From Rhynchobatus australiae (lineage: Eukaryota), in contig JAUZTB010000087.1 of the NCBI GenBank assembly GCA_034780895.1, positions 66,050,988 through 66,114,987 on the forward strand: a stretch of DNA of 64,000 nucleotides, given 5' to 3'. The position numbers were made by a program, and so were the translations under genes. The notes under the pieces were generated by a model. That model had not been told where the DNA came from. It did no database searches and saw nothing but the letters and a program-made list of their open reading frames with translations. Position 1 is the stretch's first letter; each line of letters opens with the position of its first letter. Below, piece after piece: positions 1 through 13,740 of the stretch.

Positions 1-110
1 TTTAAATCTANNNNNNNNNNNNNNNNNNNNNNNNNNNNNNNNNNNNNNNNNNNNNNNNNNNNNNNNNNNNNNNNNNNNNNNNNNNNNNNNNNNNNNNNNN
101 NNNNNNNNNN

Positions 111-670
111 CTATGCCCTCTAGTTTTTGAATCCCCCTACCTCTGGGAAAAGACTTTGGCTATTCACCTTATCTATGCCTCTCACGATCTTATAAACCTC
201 TAAGGTCACCCCTCCACCTCCTACGCTCCAAGGATAAAAGTCCTAGCCTCACCAACCTCTCCTTAAAATCCAAAGCCTACAGTCCTGGAAACATCCTTGT
301 AAGTCATTTTTGCACCCTTTCTGGTTTAATGACATCCATCCAATAGCAGGGCAACCAAAATTGTAGGCACTACTCCAAATCTGGCCTTACCAATGGCTGT
401 AACACAATGTCCCAACTCCTGTACTCAATATCTTGACTGTTGAAGGCCAGCATGCCAAATGCCTTCTTGACCGCTCTGTCTACCTGTGTCATCACGTTCA
501 AGGAACTATGTACCTACACCCCTAGGTATCCCTGTTCTACAGCACTCCCCAGGGCTTTATCATTTACTGAGCAAGTCCTGCCTTGGTTTGTGTTGCCAAA
601 GTGCAATACCTTGCAGTTATCTGAATTAAACCCCATCTGCCATTCCTCAGCCTACTGGCCCAGTTGATCA
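111..670 (-). mobile_element. CR1 LINE 3' fragment
   Basis: Typical CR1 ORF2 C-terminal sequence in antisense (tactccaaatctggcc, tcaccctccacctcctacgctccaagga). Confidence 0.75.
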
Positions 671-1242
671 AGAGAGGGTACCAGAAGACTGGAAAACAGC
701 CGATATAGTTCCCTTGTTCATAAAGGAAGGAAGACAGAAGGCAGAGAACTATAGGCCATTTGTGGTCGGAGTGCTGCCTGTGGGACAAATGATTCCTCAC
801 GAATGAGAATTCCATAAGGATATCTGGTAGGAGAATCACAGTGGAGTTAAGGGAATGTGAGAGTGGACATGTTACAGGGAAATATGTGGGGGAATAGGAC
901 TGATCGATTACTCTGAGAACCAATATAGATTCAATGGGCTGATTGACCTCCTTTTATATTTACCTGAATGCAGGACTCTGGTGTCCACTTGCTGGAACAG
1001 TTGGGGGTTGGAATTGAACCTTGCACCTCCTAATTCAGAGAAGGCTTGCAGGAGTCCAGCTCCCCTCTAATTATAGTGCACCTCCACTGGCAGCCATGCC
1101 TGGATTCTGAGCCCTGGACTTCCCACTGTTATCCCCTCTGTACCCAACTATTCCCAACACTTTGACTAAGTCTTTGGTCACCCATCCTCTAATTATCTAA
1201 CATGGTTTGTTCAGAAAAGTTCCTGGAGGGCATTTTGCAATA

Positions 1243-1687
1243 GAACATAGAGCATAGAACACTACAGCACAGGCCCTTCAGCCCACAATGTTGTGCTGAC
1301 ATTTTATCCTGCTCTAAGATCTATCTAACTATTCCCTCCCACATAGCCCCNNNNNNNNNNNNNNNNNNNNNNNNNNNNNNNNNNNNNNNNNNNNNNNNNN
1401 NNNNNNNNNNNNNNNNNNNNNNNNNNNNNNNNNNNNNNNNNNNNNNNNNNNNNNNNNNNNNNNNNNNNNNNNNNNNNNNNNNNNNNNNNNNNNNNNNNNN
1501 NNNNNNNNNNNNNNNNNNNNNNNNNNNNNNNNNNNNNNNNNNNNNNNNNNNNNNNNNNNNNNNNNNNNCACTCAATCTATGCCTCTTATCATCTTGTACA
1601 CCTCTATCAAGTCACCTCTCATCCTCCTTCTCTCCAAAGAGAAAAACCTGAGCTCACTCAACCTATCCTCATAAGACATGTTCTCCA
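1243..1687 (-). mobile_element. CR1 LINE 3' end (gap inside)
   Basis: catagaacactacagcacaggcccttcagcccaca tail plus ORF2 end sequence. Confidence 0.75.
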
Positions 1688-2765
1688 GTGTTCATGGCTC
1701 AGTATTGTCACTGGCAGCACCGAGACAAAGACCTGTGGCAGTATGCCCCACCCTGGAGGAGCCTCTCTGCTTTGGTGTGGAGGTCCAATCCATGGGGAAA
1801 CAGAAGAGTGCCACCATTCCCACGCAGCTCCTTTAAAGTCAGCAACTTATTTATCTGTACGTTGAATTTCATGATCACAATACAGCCTCCACCAGCCTAC
1901 CACAACAGCAAGCTTCTCAACTGAACCTCTGCTGACCCTCTGCAGGATGAGTTTGATTGAACACTCATTCGCTTATACTGAGCAGACTAGTGTCTAAATT
2001 CATTTTGTATTTGTTTCAATTGTGGTGCAAGCACCACAGCACTTCAGAGCTTGAGTAGGGTTTTCATTCCTATTTACATAATTCAAAAGATAATAAATCA
2101 AAGATATTCAAGATGTGCTCATGCTAATTTAATGAAAACTGAATTCTCACACAGCCTGTGTCTGAACAGCAGACCAGAAGGACAGTCTTTAATCCTGGGT
2201 GTGCTGGTCATTACTGTAATTTAATGTTGTCTGCATGAGCTGAAAAGCTGGGCAGGATTGGGGGAAGGGAATGAATACATTTAGAACTAATTTGCAGAAA
2301 TGATATTTGATTGAGTGAGCACTCAATGTATGGAACAAGCTTCCATAAAGATTAAAAGATTTATTTCAGAAAATAATATTTTGTGGAACCGTGTATGAGT
2401 AATTTGAGGCATGATGAATGATAATTGTGGCGTGGCTGGGAAGAGGAATTGACTTTGTGTTTATGCCTTGCTATCACTGGGATCTTTTCATGACCTTGTG
2501 ACAGGTTAACTGATAAGTGATTGATCCCACAGAGAGCTAATGCTATAAAATGCCTTTAGCACTTTTTAAAGAGGATTGTTAGAACAAAACTGACACCATG
2601 TCACATACTGAGATACTGGGAAAAATATTATCATAATAACATCCATTATTACACAGATTTATCTCATGGAAACGGGTCACTCTGTCCAAAAGACCAATGT
2701 GTTTAGTGCTGGATCATGTGACTTGAGGTCAACCAGAGATTCTTTAAAAATGTCATAGGATCCGC

Positions 2766-3145
2766 AAAAAACAAAATGCTGGAGGAATTCATTGGAGGGA
2801 AATGGACAGTAGACATTTCGGGTCAGAACCCTTTATCTGGCTGGAGCAAGATAAAAATGCTGTAGGAATTCAGTGGGTCAGGCAACATCTGAAGAGGGAA
2901 ATGGACAGTCGATGTTTCCAGTTGAGACCCTTCATCAGTCCAGATGAAGTCTTCTGACCTGAAGCATTGACTGTCCATTTCCCTCCACAGATGCTGCCTG
3001 ACCCACTGAGTTTGATTTTTGCTCCAGATTCCAGCATTTGCAGTGCCTTGTGTTTCCATGGGATCCACTAGATTGGTTGTCTGACCTGCTGAGTGCTTCC
3101 AGCAGATGCTGTCTTTATTTCAGATTTCTTGCATCTGCAGTTTTT
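2766..3145. mobile_element. Cluster of Penelope-like inverted-arm repeats with decayed hammerhead cores
   Basis: Palindrome centred near 2938 (gggaaatggacagtcgat...attgactgtccatttccc); extra arms at 2766-2845 and 3075-3145. Confidence 0.6.
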
Positions 3146-3231
3146 TTTAATCTTCAATCAGAGATTTGATCACTTTTTCATCTTGTACACTGGGGTTCTT
3201 ACTTTAGAATTTTCTTGGAGAGCACTAAGTC

Positions 3232-3550
3232 ATAAAGTCATAGAGCACAAAAATGGGCCCTTCAGCCCAACTGGTCCCTACTGACAAAGATGCCCAGCTA
3301 AGCTTGTACCATTTGCCCGTGGTTGGCCCACATCCCTCTAAACCTTTCCTATCCACGTACCTATCCAAGTATTTTTTAAATGTTATTATTACATATGCCT
3401 CAATCACTTCCTCTGGCAGCTCATTCCACATACATACCACCCTCATGTGAAAAAGTTTCTCCTCAGTTTCCTGAAGTCTTCCCCTCTCACCTTAAGCCTA
3501 TGTCCTCTGGTTCTTGATTCCCTAACCATGGGAAAAAGACTGTGCATTCA
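3232..3550 (-). mobile_element. CR1 LINE 3' end
   Basis: Peptide RVVCMWNELPEEVIEA..ITFKKYLDRY. Confidence 0.8.
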
Positions 3551-4136
3551 CCGAGCTGGGAGTAACCTTAGGAACGCTGCCCTCAAATCTACATCCACGA
3601 GCAAGCACCAGCTGGACAGGTCCCATACAGGGCACGCGATGTGGTTCGCACTCTTGCCTGGCCAGAATGTCGACTTACTAACCTTCCTGTGAACCTCTGC
3701 CTCCCAGAAGCCTGGAATAAATCCCCTTCACATGGTGCACACCAGGTAATCGGGCATCCTAATAGTGTCAGCCTATTCATTTACAGGTAGGCGGGGCAGC
3801 ATAGTAAACTGAGACCATGTTGTCAGCCAAGTTGAAGGGGAATGGGGGAGGTGGGGGAGCTGGTAAATTGAACAATGTTACTATCTAAAGAAGAGCACAG
3901 GAGGCCTGGTAAATTCACCTCATTGGGAATGATTAAACCAGATTCAATTTCAGGTTAGTTTAAAGTCATGTACACCAGTGTGCAATGAAATTCCTTGCTT
4001 GCATGAAGCTCAGAGGGCAAGCTGTTTGTGGACTGGGTCCATCCTAGTGTTACAGTACACCACGACTTGTATGGATCAATTTCACCTCATAGCCCACTGC
4101 TTCCAGTTTGAATTTTTCTTTTAAATTTTCAAATGT

Positions 4137-4382
4137 TTTAAAAAATTTTATTTACAGCATGGTAACAGGCCCTTCCAGCCCAACAAGTCTGCGCCGCCCA
4201 ATTCAATCCCATGTTAACCTTTCCGTACGTATTTGGAATGTGGGAGGAAACCGGAGCAATTGCAGGAAGCCCACACAGACACGGGAGAGCATACAAACTC
4301 CTTACAGACAGCGACGGGAATCGAATCCCAATCACTGGCACTGTAATAGTGTCACGCTAACCACTACGCTACCGTGCTGCCC
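4137..4382 (-). mobile_element. tRNA-derived V-SINE (HE1-like)
   Basis: Minus strand has A box tagcgtagtgg, B box ggattcgattccc, V-domain-like tgctccggtttcctcccacattccaaa and a CR1-like tail. Confidence 0.8.
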
Positions 4383-5259
4383 AAAGTTGCACCAGTTGGT
4401 GAGATTTAAACTTTTGTCTTCTGCATTTTTACGTCCGAGGACTACAAATCCGGTAACGTTCCCATTCTGCTACTATAATGCAGTTCAACATCTCCATGTA
4501 ACTCATCCAGGAAGAGTGGTTGGTTTAACAGCTGCACTCATTCCAGTTAGGCACCGGGATCATTTTCCCCACGTAGCGATGCCAAGAATAAAGCCACCTC
4601 ATTTCAGATGCTCCTCTGAAAGAGCAATACAGGCTCATTCTCAGTGCCCTTATTCAAAAGACTGTCACCTTCTTTGGCACTGGCCTGAAGTTCCCATTGT
4701 GAAGCTAAATAAAGTCCAAAGGCACCAGGAAGGTGCTCACAGTTTACCACTCAGCTCATTAACTGCAGCAGGGGAAAGTTGACCTTCCTCAGGTTGGAGA
4801 TAAATGTCAGATTTCCTGAGAACTCAGAAACTTCACAGATCGCCTTTTGTTTTGCTATACGCCATTCCGCAATGACCTTCCCACTAGTGCTGTACCTCAC
4901 ATTAAACTAAGGTGCCTCCCAGGACAAACTTTTGCACAATTCCACAAATTTCTCATGTTAAGGACTGACTGGCAACGTCCACTTTCACTCCATTGAATTA
5001 TTCAACATTTGGTATGATTTCCAAATATCACACCCAAGGCAGACAGAGTGGTAACACGTTGAAGATGCTGACTAAAATACCTATTACCCATGGAAATTAA
5101 AATAAGAATAAATACCAGTTTCTCACTGCCAACAAATCACTCTGAGCCTCCATTCTCACTGTCTAGCAGACCATTGTTTTGTCTGCAGATTATCTTATAT
5201 GCATGGGGGCACCAGACTTCGGTCTCTATCCCTCCCAGATTTGTGCCTTTCTGTCCCAG

Positions 5260-5940
5260 CCTGCAGCTCTCTCATCTCCTGGTCTGTCACACTCATCCTT
5301 CTAGCTTTGTTTTCCCACTCCCTCCACCACCCCTCTCTCTCCCTCCTGCAGTTAACACCCTTCTGGTCAGCTGCTCCACCTCCCTCCAGACTCATTCTGA
5401 GATAGGTCCCACTCTCACAACTCTTTCTCCATTGCTGCATTGAGTCTCTCCTTCCCATCTCATGTACATCACTGCCTGGGCTCCAGTGGTCATCATGCTG
5501 CTTGTGCTTCTCCCTTCCTCCCAACCAGTGTTTCTCTTTCCCTCCCTCCCTGTGTCCCTTTTCCACCCACACTGTTTCATCTCCCAGTCCGCCAGTGCCT
5601 TTCTTCCTTCTAACAATGTCCTTGGTTTCCCAACCTGCATCTTGCTCTCTTTCCCTGCTGAAGTCTCTCCTCCTCTCAGCTTGGGGTGCACTCACTATCC
5701 CAACCTGTCTGTCTCAATCCTGTCTCAGACCTTGTCCCTGGGACCCTTCACCCCTGGCCTAATCACCCTCTCCCTCCCTACAATGTGTCCCCACTTCAGC
5801 CCACACCTTGGTCTATCCCCCAGCCTGTGCCTCTTTCCTCAGCCATGTGTGCTCCTCTCTCTCCTTCTCTGCTCTTGCTTCCCCCCCTCTCTTCCTCCTT
5901 CAAACCACATTTCCCTCCCTCTCTCCAACCTTGTGCTCAG
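5260..5940. repeat. Pyrimidine-rich (CT) low-complexity region
   Basis: Strong C/T skew that produces overlapping spurious Leu/Ser/Pro-rich ORFs. Confidence 0.7.
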
Positions 5941-6471
5941 CTGTCAGAACTCAAAAACAAATAAATGCTAAAATAAGCTCCAAGATCTATCAGGACAGAC
6001 CAGTGTGCCCAACTGACCAGAGACAAAAATGCATAGTGCTCTTACATAAAATTTATGAAGTTGTATTTTTAATGAGTCCATATGAAAACATTTCTAACAA
6101 ATTTAGGTACAGGAGGACTAATTTAGAATTTCCAAAGTTTCACTGACCTTGTAGTCATTAGTTATTCAATCAATGTTTTAATCCATTTCAGAAAGAAAGC
6201 TCAAATGGTGTACTTTTTCACAAACATCTCATCTCTGAAATAGCATGCCAGGCGGAAATGTTTCAGGCTCTGCATACGAGAGGTGATGGTATGAATCTGA
6301 TGCAGATAATACCAGGGAGATTTACAACAGGTTCAGACCAAGGAGGAAATTCGCTGTCAGTCAACACTATCTTGCCATTTGGAATGTCCCATGTGCTCAA
6401 TTGTATTACAACTGGATTGGCACTTCAGAGGGGAGAAGAGTTAACCACGTTTTTTTGGAACTGGAATCACA

Positions 6472-6905
6472 GGTCAAAGTCAAGATCAAAGTTTATTGTC
6501 ATGTGCACAAGTACGCATATGCACAGGTGTAATGAAAAACTTACTTGCAGCAGCATCACAGGCACATAGCAGCATATAAGCAGTATTCACAAGAGAAACA
6601 TCAATTATACATAATTGTTACGAGAAAGAACACTATTAGAACAAAATATAAACCAAGTCCATTTTAATGCAAAGTGATCAAAGTCTTGGTAAACTGCAGT
6701 GTTCAGAGTTTTGCCAATTGGTTCAAGAACCAAATGGTTGAAGGGAAGTAGCTGTTCTTGAACCTGGTCGTGTAGGACTTCAGGCCTCTGTACCTCCTGC
6801 CCACTGGTAGCTGTGAAAAGATGGCATAGCCCAGATAGTGGGGACCTTTGATGATAGATGTTGCCTTCTTGAGGCAGTGCCTCCTGTAGATACTACCGAT
6901 GGTAG
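6472..6905 (-). mobile_element. Rex1/Babar-like LINE 3' end
   Basis: Peptide CLKKATSIIKGPHYLGYAIFSQLPVGRRYRGLKSYTTRFKNSYFPSTIWFLN. Confidence 0.75.
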
Positions 6906-9199
6906 CCAGAACTAAATAAGAACCACAGTCTCTGCCTTCCCTCACTCACCTTAGAAAGGAAAGACTTGTATTTATATAGCATCCCTTTCAGGGCATTCCA
7001 AAATGAGTTAAAACCAATGAAGTACTTTCAAGAGTGGTCACTATTGTAATGTAAAAAACAGTGGCCATTATTCCAATGCAAGCTACCACAAACTGCAATG
7101 TGATAATAATCATATAACCTAGAATTTTTTTGGATTTTGAGTGAAGGGAAATATTTGCCTCCTCTACTTTTGCATCCATTGAGAGAACTTACAAGGCCCC
7201 TTTTAATGTTTCATCCAAAAGACAGATCATTTACACTGCAACACACCCTTAACTGTGCATTGGGTCCTCAGCCTGGGTAGCTGTAATCTCTGGAGTGAGA
7301 CTTGTACTCAAAACCTTTCAAATTGGATATGCAAATACTACCAACTGACTGAGCCAAAACTGACTCATCGCCTTTTTAGAGACTCTTGAAATGAAACTCG
7401 TTGACTAAGCGTTTGGTCACCTGTCCTAATTATAGTTAAACTTAGATTGAAAATGCTCCTGTTGAATCTTGGGGTACTTATTACATTAAAAAGTGCTGTA
7501 TAAATGTAAGTGTCATTGTTAATAATTTTCCCTGAAGGACGTTGATGAAGCAGTTGATTTTTTTTTTACAACAAATAATGAGTTTTGAAAAGAACTAAAT
7601 ATATTTCAGGCATCACCATGGAGGGTTGATAAGTCTTGCCCCTCAGCTTTAATGCTTTAGTAACATAAACCTTCACAGCTGAGGCATGGAGGTCCCACAG
7701 AGTATCCCATCCACCTTGGGAAGTGAATTCTGAAGAACCTACTGCCCTCCTATCACTGCATGATGTGATCAACACAATGGCCTGTTATAGCTGACTAAAA
7801 CTGATACAGTACAACAAAATCAGCTGTCCTCAACATGGTGATTCATATCAAAACTTTGTTCTCTTGCCTTGAAGATGCAGGCCAAAGTTGCGCCTTGAAG
7901 ATGCGTTTGAAGTTCAGCACTCTGGCTCCAGACATTTGAGATGTTCAATCGTATGTATCAAGGTTCCACAACTGCAAGCTGACAAATGCACAGATGAAGA
8001 CGCTTTCCTGGTGAAGGTATTTAGGTCCAGATCACTGGTGGTAACTACCATGGTCTTCTTCATACTGTGCCATGAGACATTTTATGTTCACATTAGAGTA
8101 CAGGCAAAACATGGGATTAACGCCTCACCCTAAAAATGTTACCTCTGACAGCACTGCACACCTTCCACGCTGCAGTGACAGCCCTAATTGTGTGCTTCGG
8201 TCTCTGACACGGAGTTAGAATGCACAGCTTCAAGTGCTACCAACTACATCAGTGCTCTGAGGTACATGGGTCATGCAGCACTTACCACTCAATCTGTACC
8301 AACAAATCAGAGACACAAGCTCAAGTCCCACCATGACAGCTGTAGGGCTTAGATGCAGTTAATAATCTGGAATGTAAAAAAAACCTACAAATATTGACCA
8401 CAAACTACTGTTTTGTCATTAAAAACCTATCTGGTTCACTAATAGTCTTCAAAGGAGGAAACCTGCCATCCTTATCCATTCTGACATCTATCTGACTCCA
8501 GATCCATCAATGCTGTTAACTCTGGAAAGGCCATAAACCTACAGAGTTCAAAGGCAGTGTGCTTCTAAGTCGAATCCCTAAGGATGAGCGATAAATGCCA
8601 GTTTCATTGGTGATACCCAGAGCCTGAAAAAAGAAATTTAAAATCGTGGCAACTCTAAAGTGAATGTTAACCCATGATCAAATTGCTCTGCCATTATCTA
8701 TTTCGAACTTCCCTCTGGAATCACTGCCCACATATCTCCACCTCCTGCTGATCTTTTAAGATCCTCCTTTAAACACCCTTCTTTGGTTTAGTTACTTATC
8801 TAACATTTACTCGATTAAACTCTTGAGATATTCTCTTGCATTTAAGAAGCAATGTAAATTCAAGCTGCTGTGCTGATAATGCCATAAAGTTTCCAGTCAA
8901 TCTGCTTCACTTTTTGAAAATAGTCTTACACCAATTTCAAAATAACCATTACTAAGAATGCTTTAATGTGATATNNNNNNNNNNNNNNNNNNNNNNNNNN
9001 NNNNNNNNNNNNNNNNNNNNNNNNNNNNNNNNNNNNNNNNNNNNNNNNNNNNNNNTGATGGAATAGGTAGGATTTCTAAGTCATTGGATATATTCCCATC
9101 CATGAGCAAATTCCATTGCCAGAGGTGGTTCAGTAGATAATCACTAACTGAATTTTGTTTATTCATGACCCATGTATTTTCACTATATTATACAGCAGG

Positions 9200-9560
9200 G
9201 TGGCTACTGCTGTTGATTATCCACTGAACCACAACAGGTTATAATTAAATGGTTTCTCCTGAATTTCATTCAGATTTATTGGTAGTGTAATCCCCTCGTG
9301 TTGGATTTCTCCCAAAGGGGAAAACATCATCTCTACTTCCATGGTATTAAACCCCTTCATGAATTTTAATGGCTTCGGTCAGGTTAATAGTCAGTCTTGC
9401 CCTTTTAAAAAAATAAGTACCAGCTTTTAGTCTTTCCTGATAGTTTTAACCTTTGTTTACATCTCATTCTTGTAAATCCTTTTAGGATTTTCACCAGTAG
9501 TTCCATAGCCTTACTGTAATATGGTGCACAGTACCCTAACCAAGATCAGCTAATTTATCA
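9200..9560 (-). mobile_element. Old CR1 fragment
   Basis: Degenerate similarity to the other CR1 3' fragments in the window. Confidence 0.45.
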
Positions 9561-9594
9561 TAGATCTGCAACCTTTATGCTCTCTCCATGGTGT

Positions 9595-10039
9595 TGTTGG
9601 ATTCAACTGTTTTAATTAGTTTTTTAACATGTATAGTGTTTAATACACCTCAAGTTGCTGCACAAAGAATGACCGCTTACTAGCTTATTGGTTCGTCCAT
9701 CAGGTGAATATGTGTCTTTTCATTGGTTGGTTTGGCCACAAGTATCTAATAGGTTTCCTGATTGGATTATTGTTAGCTAAGGAGTATCTCTTATCTCAGG
9801 TATAAAAGGTGTTGTTGTTTGTTAATCACTCTCTTGCTCTCTTCCTCCCCGGCCCTAGCTCACCTTTAGTTCCTTTTGTCTCGGCTCATCTCCTCGTAGT
9901 AAAGCTAGTGCCATGTGCTTTGTGACTGTTTCTTTGTGTTAAACTTTTCCAATAAAACTTTGTGAAGCACCAAGTTGTTTTCAACTCATTCCTGGACTCC
10001 TGAAAGAACCTGTGGATTTGAAGATAACCAGATCCGACA
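9595..10039 (+). mobile_element. Candidate solo LTR
   Basis: Termini TGTTGGAT...ATCCGACA (7/8 inverted match, TG..CA), three ATTGG (inverted CCAAT) boxes, TATAAAA at 9801 and AATAAA at 9951. No clear target-site duplication. Confidence 0.55.
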
Positions 10040-12464
10040 TCCTGAAGTAATAAGGGACAGAGAAGCAGAGGGCTGGAATGCCACTATCTGGTAACAGCTC
10101 AACAGCTGTGCACCAGGACACTTAATTCCAACCAGATTAGTGGTAATTAGCAGGAGCAAGGGGAGAGTTAGAAATCAGAGAAAAAAATCTTCATGATATT
10201 ATGACACCCAAAATTCTACATAGCCAACAAGTACTTTTATAATGTGGTCATGATGCAATAAGGGATATGGGGCAGCTAATTAGTGCAGGGCAAAGCTCTA
10301 CAAGTAGTAAGGCAATGATGATCAGAAATTTAGATCATTATTTTTGATCAAAATTACAATAAAAACATTTTTCTGTGATGGTTCAGGGATGGATATTGTT
10401 CTGGACACTGGATGAACTCCCTTTGACTTAAAAAATGTCATGAGATCATCTAGACTGGATTTCAGATAGAGTTCTGTCAGAAGAGCTGCCTTTGGATGAG
10501 TCTTAGATTGAGGCTAGTCTGCCTTTTAAGAATGGTGCAAAACATTCCAAGGCTATTTTGAAGAAGAGCAAGTGAACGATTCCCACTGTCTGGCCAATAG
10601 TTGGCTGTGTAGGAATTGGCTCCTCCATTTTCTATGTTACACTTCAGAAGTACTTGAATGGCTATCTGGCTTAAGATGGTAGAAAATGCTACAGTAGATA
10701 AATACAAGACCTTTGTTTGCTTTACATTTATATTCTCAAATTTACAATTTATTTTTAGTTGATTGTCAACAGAATTGCTTCATTCTGTTGCTTGAGGAAA
10801 ATGCTGTGAGATCTCCCTCCCAGCGCACATGCTTGCTGCAGTGTGGCTCAATTTATCTTGTACTCTAAACTTGGCAGTGCCCCTTGCTGGGAATCTCAGC
10901 TAACAGCCATAAGACTTAACATGAGAAAGCTCTCCTATCAATATTCTCGTCATCTCAGTGGAAGAGTCTGGAGGGAAAGGAAAAACTGAACTAATCTGAC
11001 AAAAAAAGTGCTGATCACCAGTTTCAATCTCTGATCTTCTGAACACTTTGCTACCATATCAACACCTTGGAGCCCAAAGGAAACAAGAGGCATGCTATTT
11101 GCTATATTTACCACTGCAGCTTTAGCAAGGCATTTCTGCTTTGCTAATCTTAAATTTCTTTTGCGGCTAAAATTTAGAAACATCAAGGGCTAAAACTTTG
11201 CCGCATGCATTACATATGATGCAGTAACCTACAAATGATGAACTCTGCTTTTGAAATTTGGCTCCTCTGACATTTCCCTTCCCCTGAGTTTTTCCCATAT
11301 GTACTTACAAAGCTGCCTTTAAATGCATCAATGTTATTCACCTCAATTATGCTATAAGTAATGAGTTCCATATCCTCACCAATTTGATTAAATAACTTCC
11401 TTGAGAATATATTCCTGGATTTATTGGGAACTATTGTATCTTTATTAAGCCATTTTGGACACGCCACAAATGGAAACATCTTCTTTCTGTTGACTCAATC
11501 AAGCCTCCGCACAAGGTATCATCCCCCATCCTGTTCCTTTGCTACGGAAGGCTTTGAAAGAAGAAAAACGGACGTTGACAATGATATGGAGATGACTGAG
11601 GAAAGAGATGATGTGCAATTTCAACATTTTCATGTTGCATGTTCTGTTAACATTGGATCTTCCATCTGCCACCAACCACTGACATCCAGAAGGACGATCA
11701 GCACATGGGCAAATTATCACCTCCAAACTGCACACCATCTTGGCATGGGAGATCTATCACCATAACTTCGTTATCACTGCATCTAACTCCTGGAACTCCC
11801 TTCCTAACCACACTGAGGGAGCACCTTTGCAGATGGACTGCAGTCATTCAAAAGACAGCTTCCCCTCACCTCAAAAGCAGTTAGACTTGGTAAGAGATAC
11901 CAGCTTTGATAACGATACCCACAGCTCAAGCATCAATAAAAAAAATGTGTGCAGCAACACTTTCGAAATTGAGTTAGTAGATTATTGACAAATGCAGGAA
12001 GATTGTCCTTCCAGTCCTAATTTAGGATCATCAGTCTTGGATATATTACAAAACACAAAGCCCTGTCAAAGCCCTAATTTAAAGCCCTGTCATGGCACAT
12101 GGCTGATTTGATACTATGCAGACAGACTGTGATATTCTACTGTACAATGCCCTCTAGTCCACCTCTGCTGAGACAGTACAACTATAGAGCAGTCTGGGTC
12201 ACCATAACTGATGGCACGGATCACAAAGGTAAGGGAATGATTGATTACCGTGCCTTTTCGCTCATGGTCTGGCAGGATTTAAGTGGCAGAGTGTGCAGGA
12301 AAGCAGGACAGGGTGATCACCAGACAATGGAGATGGTGCGAGCAAGATGACCCCAACCAACCACTCCAAGGCTTGGTATTCCTGATCTCACTGCAGCCAT
12401 AGTGAGCCTTCTTCACCAGATTGTGCAGGATGTAGAGCCTTGTATTCAGTGACTTTGCAACAAC

Positions 12465-13090
12465 AACAACAACCAGTGTCTACATAACATCCAAACTCAG
12501 TAAAAGCCACTGTGCTTCACAGGAGGAATATCAAACAAAAGGGAGAAGTGACCAAACACTTGATCAAGGCAGTAAGTTTTTAAGGAGTATGTTCCAGGGG
12601 GAAAAGGAGATGGAGGGACAGAGATGCTTAAGGAGAGAATTGCAGAACTTCCAGTCAAAACAGATGAAGGCATGGCCACCAGTGGTGAGGCAAAATATAC
12701 CAGGGAGCTCTAAGAGGGCAGAATTGGAGGAGCCCAGGGATGTTGACGGAGAAACAGGAAGGGATGAGATTATGGTTGGGGATTTGAACACAAGGATGAA
12801 ATCTTCACATCTGAGGCTGTGTTGAGCCAGGTGACATTGCTGATCAGCAAGCATGGGGCTGCTGAGAAAACAAGATGCGAGATAAGATATGGGGAGCAAG
12901 CTCTGCATGTACTGAAGTTTACCTGGAGAGTATTGGAATGGTCAGGAATGGAGGTAACAAAGGCATGGATGAGGGTTTCAGCAAGAGGTAAGCTGAGGCA
13001 GGGGTGGACTTGGCCATGTCGATAAGATGGAAATGACAGCCTTCATGATGACAGGGAGAAATGGTCAGCAGCTCAAATAGGGCTAAATGG
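12465..13090 (-). mobile_element. L2 LINE 3' fragment
   Basis: Peptide remnant SPMLADQ..FILVFKS and an L2 tail with (aac)n; a sense copy lies at ~37630-37938. Confidence 0.6.
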
Positions 13091-13467
13091 TGATGGTGGT
13101 GCAGAGATAAATTGCAGGACTTGTGACCCAGAGGCATAGACCAACAGTTTAGAAACCAGAGTTCAAATCCCACTGCATCAGCTGTTCAGTTAATATTCTG
13201 GGATTTGAGGGAAAGGAGGGGTGAAGGGGGGAGGAAAAAAAAGCTAGTCATTAGAAATAATGGCCACAAAACTATCGTCCTTCAGGGGAGGAATTCCTTA
13301 CCCTGGCCAGCCTATATGCGTCTTCAGGCCCACCAGAAAAGGGATGATTCTAAATGACATGGCTTGCCACACNNNNNNNNNNNNNATAGAGATGGGCGAT
13401 AAACACTGACCTTGCCAGTGCTATCTGGAGCAGGAAAAAAATTGAAAGAAATAGTAATGGAACTAAG

Positions 13468-13740
13468 ATCAAAAAACTGCAGATGCTGGAAATTAACAAA
13501 GAATGCAGGAAGCACTCAGCATGTCAGGCAGCTTCCGTGGGGAGAGAAAGAGAGTTCAAATTGAGGTCAAGGAATCTTCATCAGAATACACCATTATGAG
13601 GAAAGCCCTACTCTCCAAAACCCTTGCAAATACTTTCTCACAGATCTGATAAAGGGTCCTTGACTTGAAACTTGACCTTGTTCTCGACCCTTGCATGCTG
13701 CTTGAGATATGGAGTGTTCCCAGCAGTTTCTGCTTCTGCA
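13468..13740. mobile_element. Older Penelope-like inverted-arm repeat
   Basis: ctgcagatgctggaaa...cttcatcag arm followed by ctgataaagggtccttgacttgaaac arm; degenerate. Confidence 0.45.

Noticed and set aside
4320-4382. tRNA gene
   Set aside because: The A and B boxes belong to a SINE head that continues into the V domain; no full cloverleaf.
4385-4430. NLTN-encoding stretch as Midline exon 3
   Set aside because: Similarity is limited to four codons, it runs into a SINE, and there are no suitable splice sites.
4108-4782. 224-aa ORF
   Set aside because: Starts at TTG and reads antisense through a SINE; no protein-like features.
5090-6146. Overlapping 90-170 aa ORFs
   Set aside because: By-products of CT-rich low complexity with no recognisable domain.
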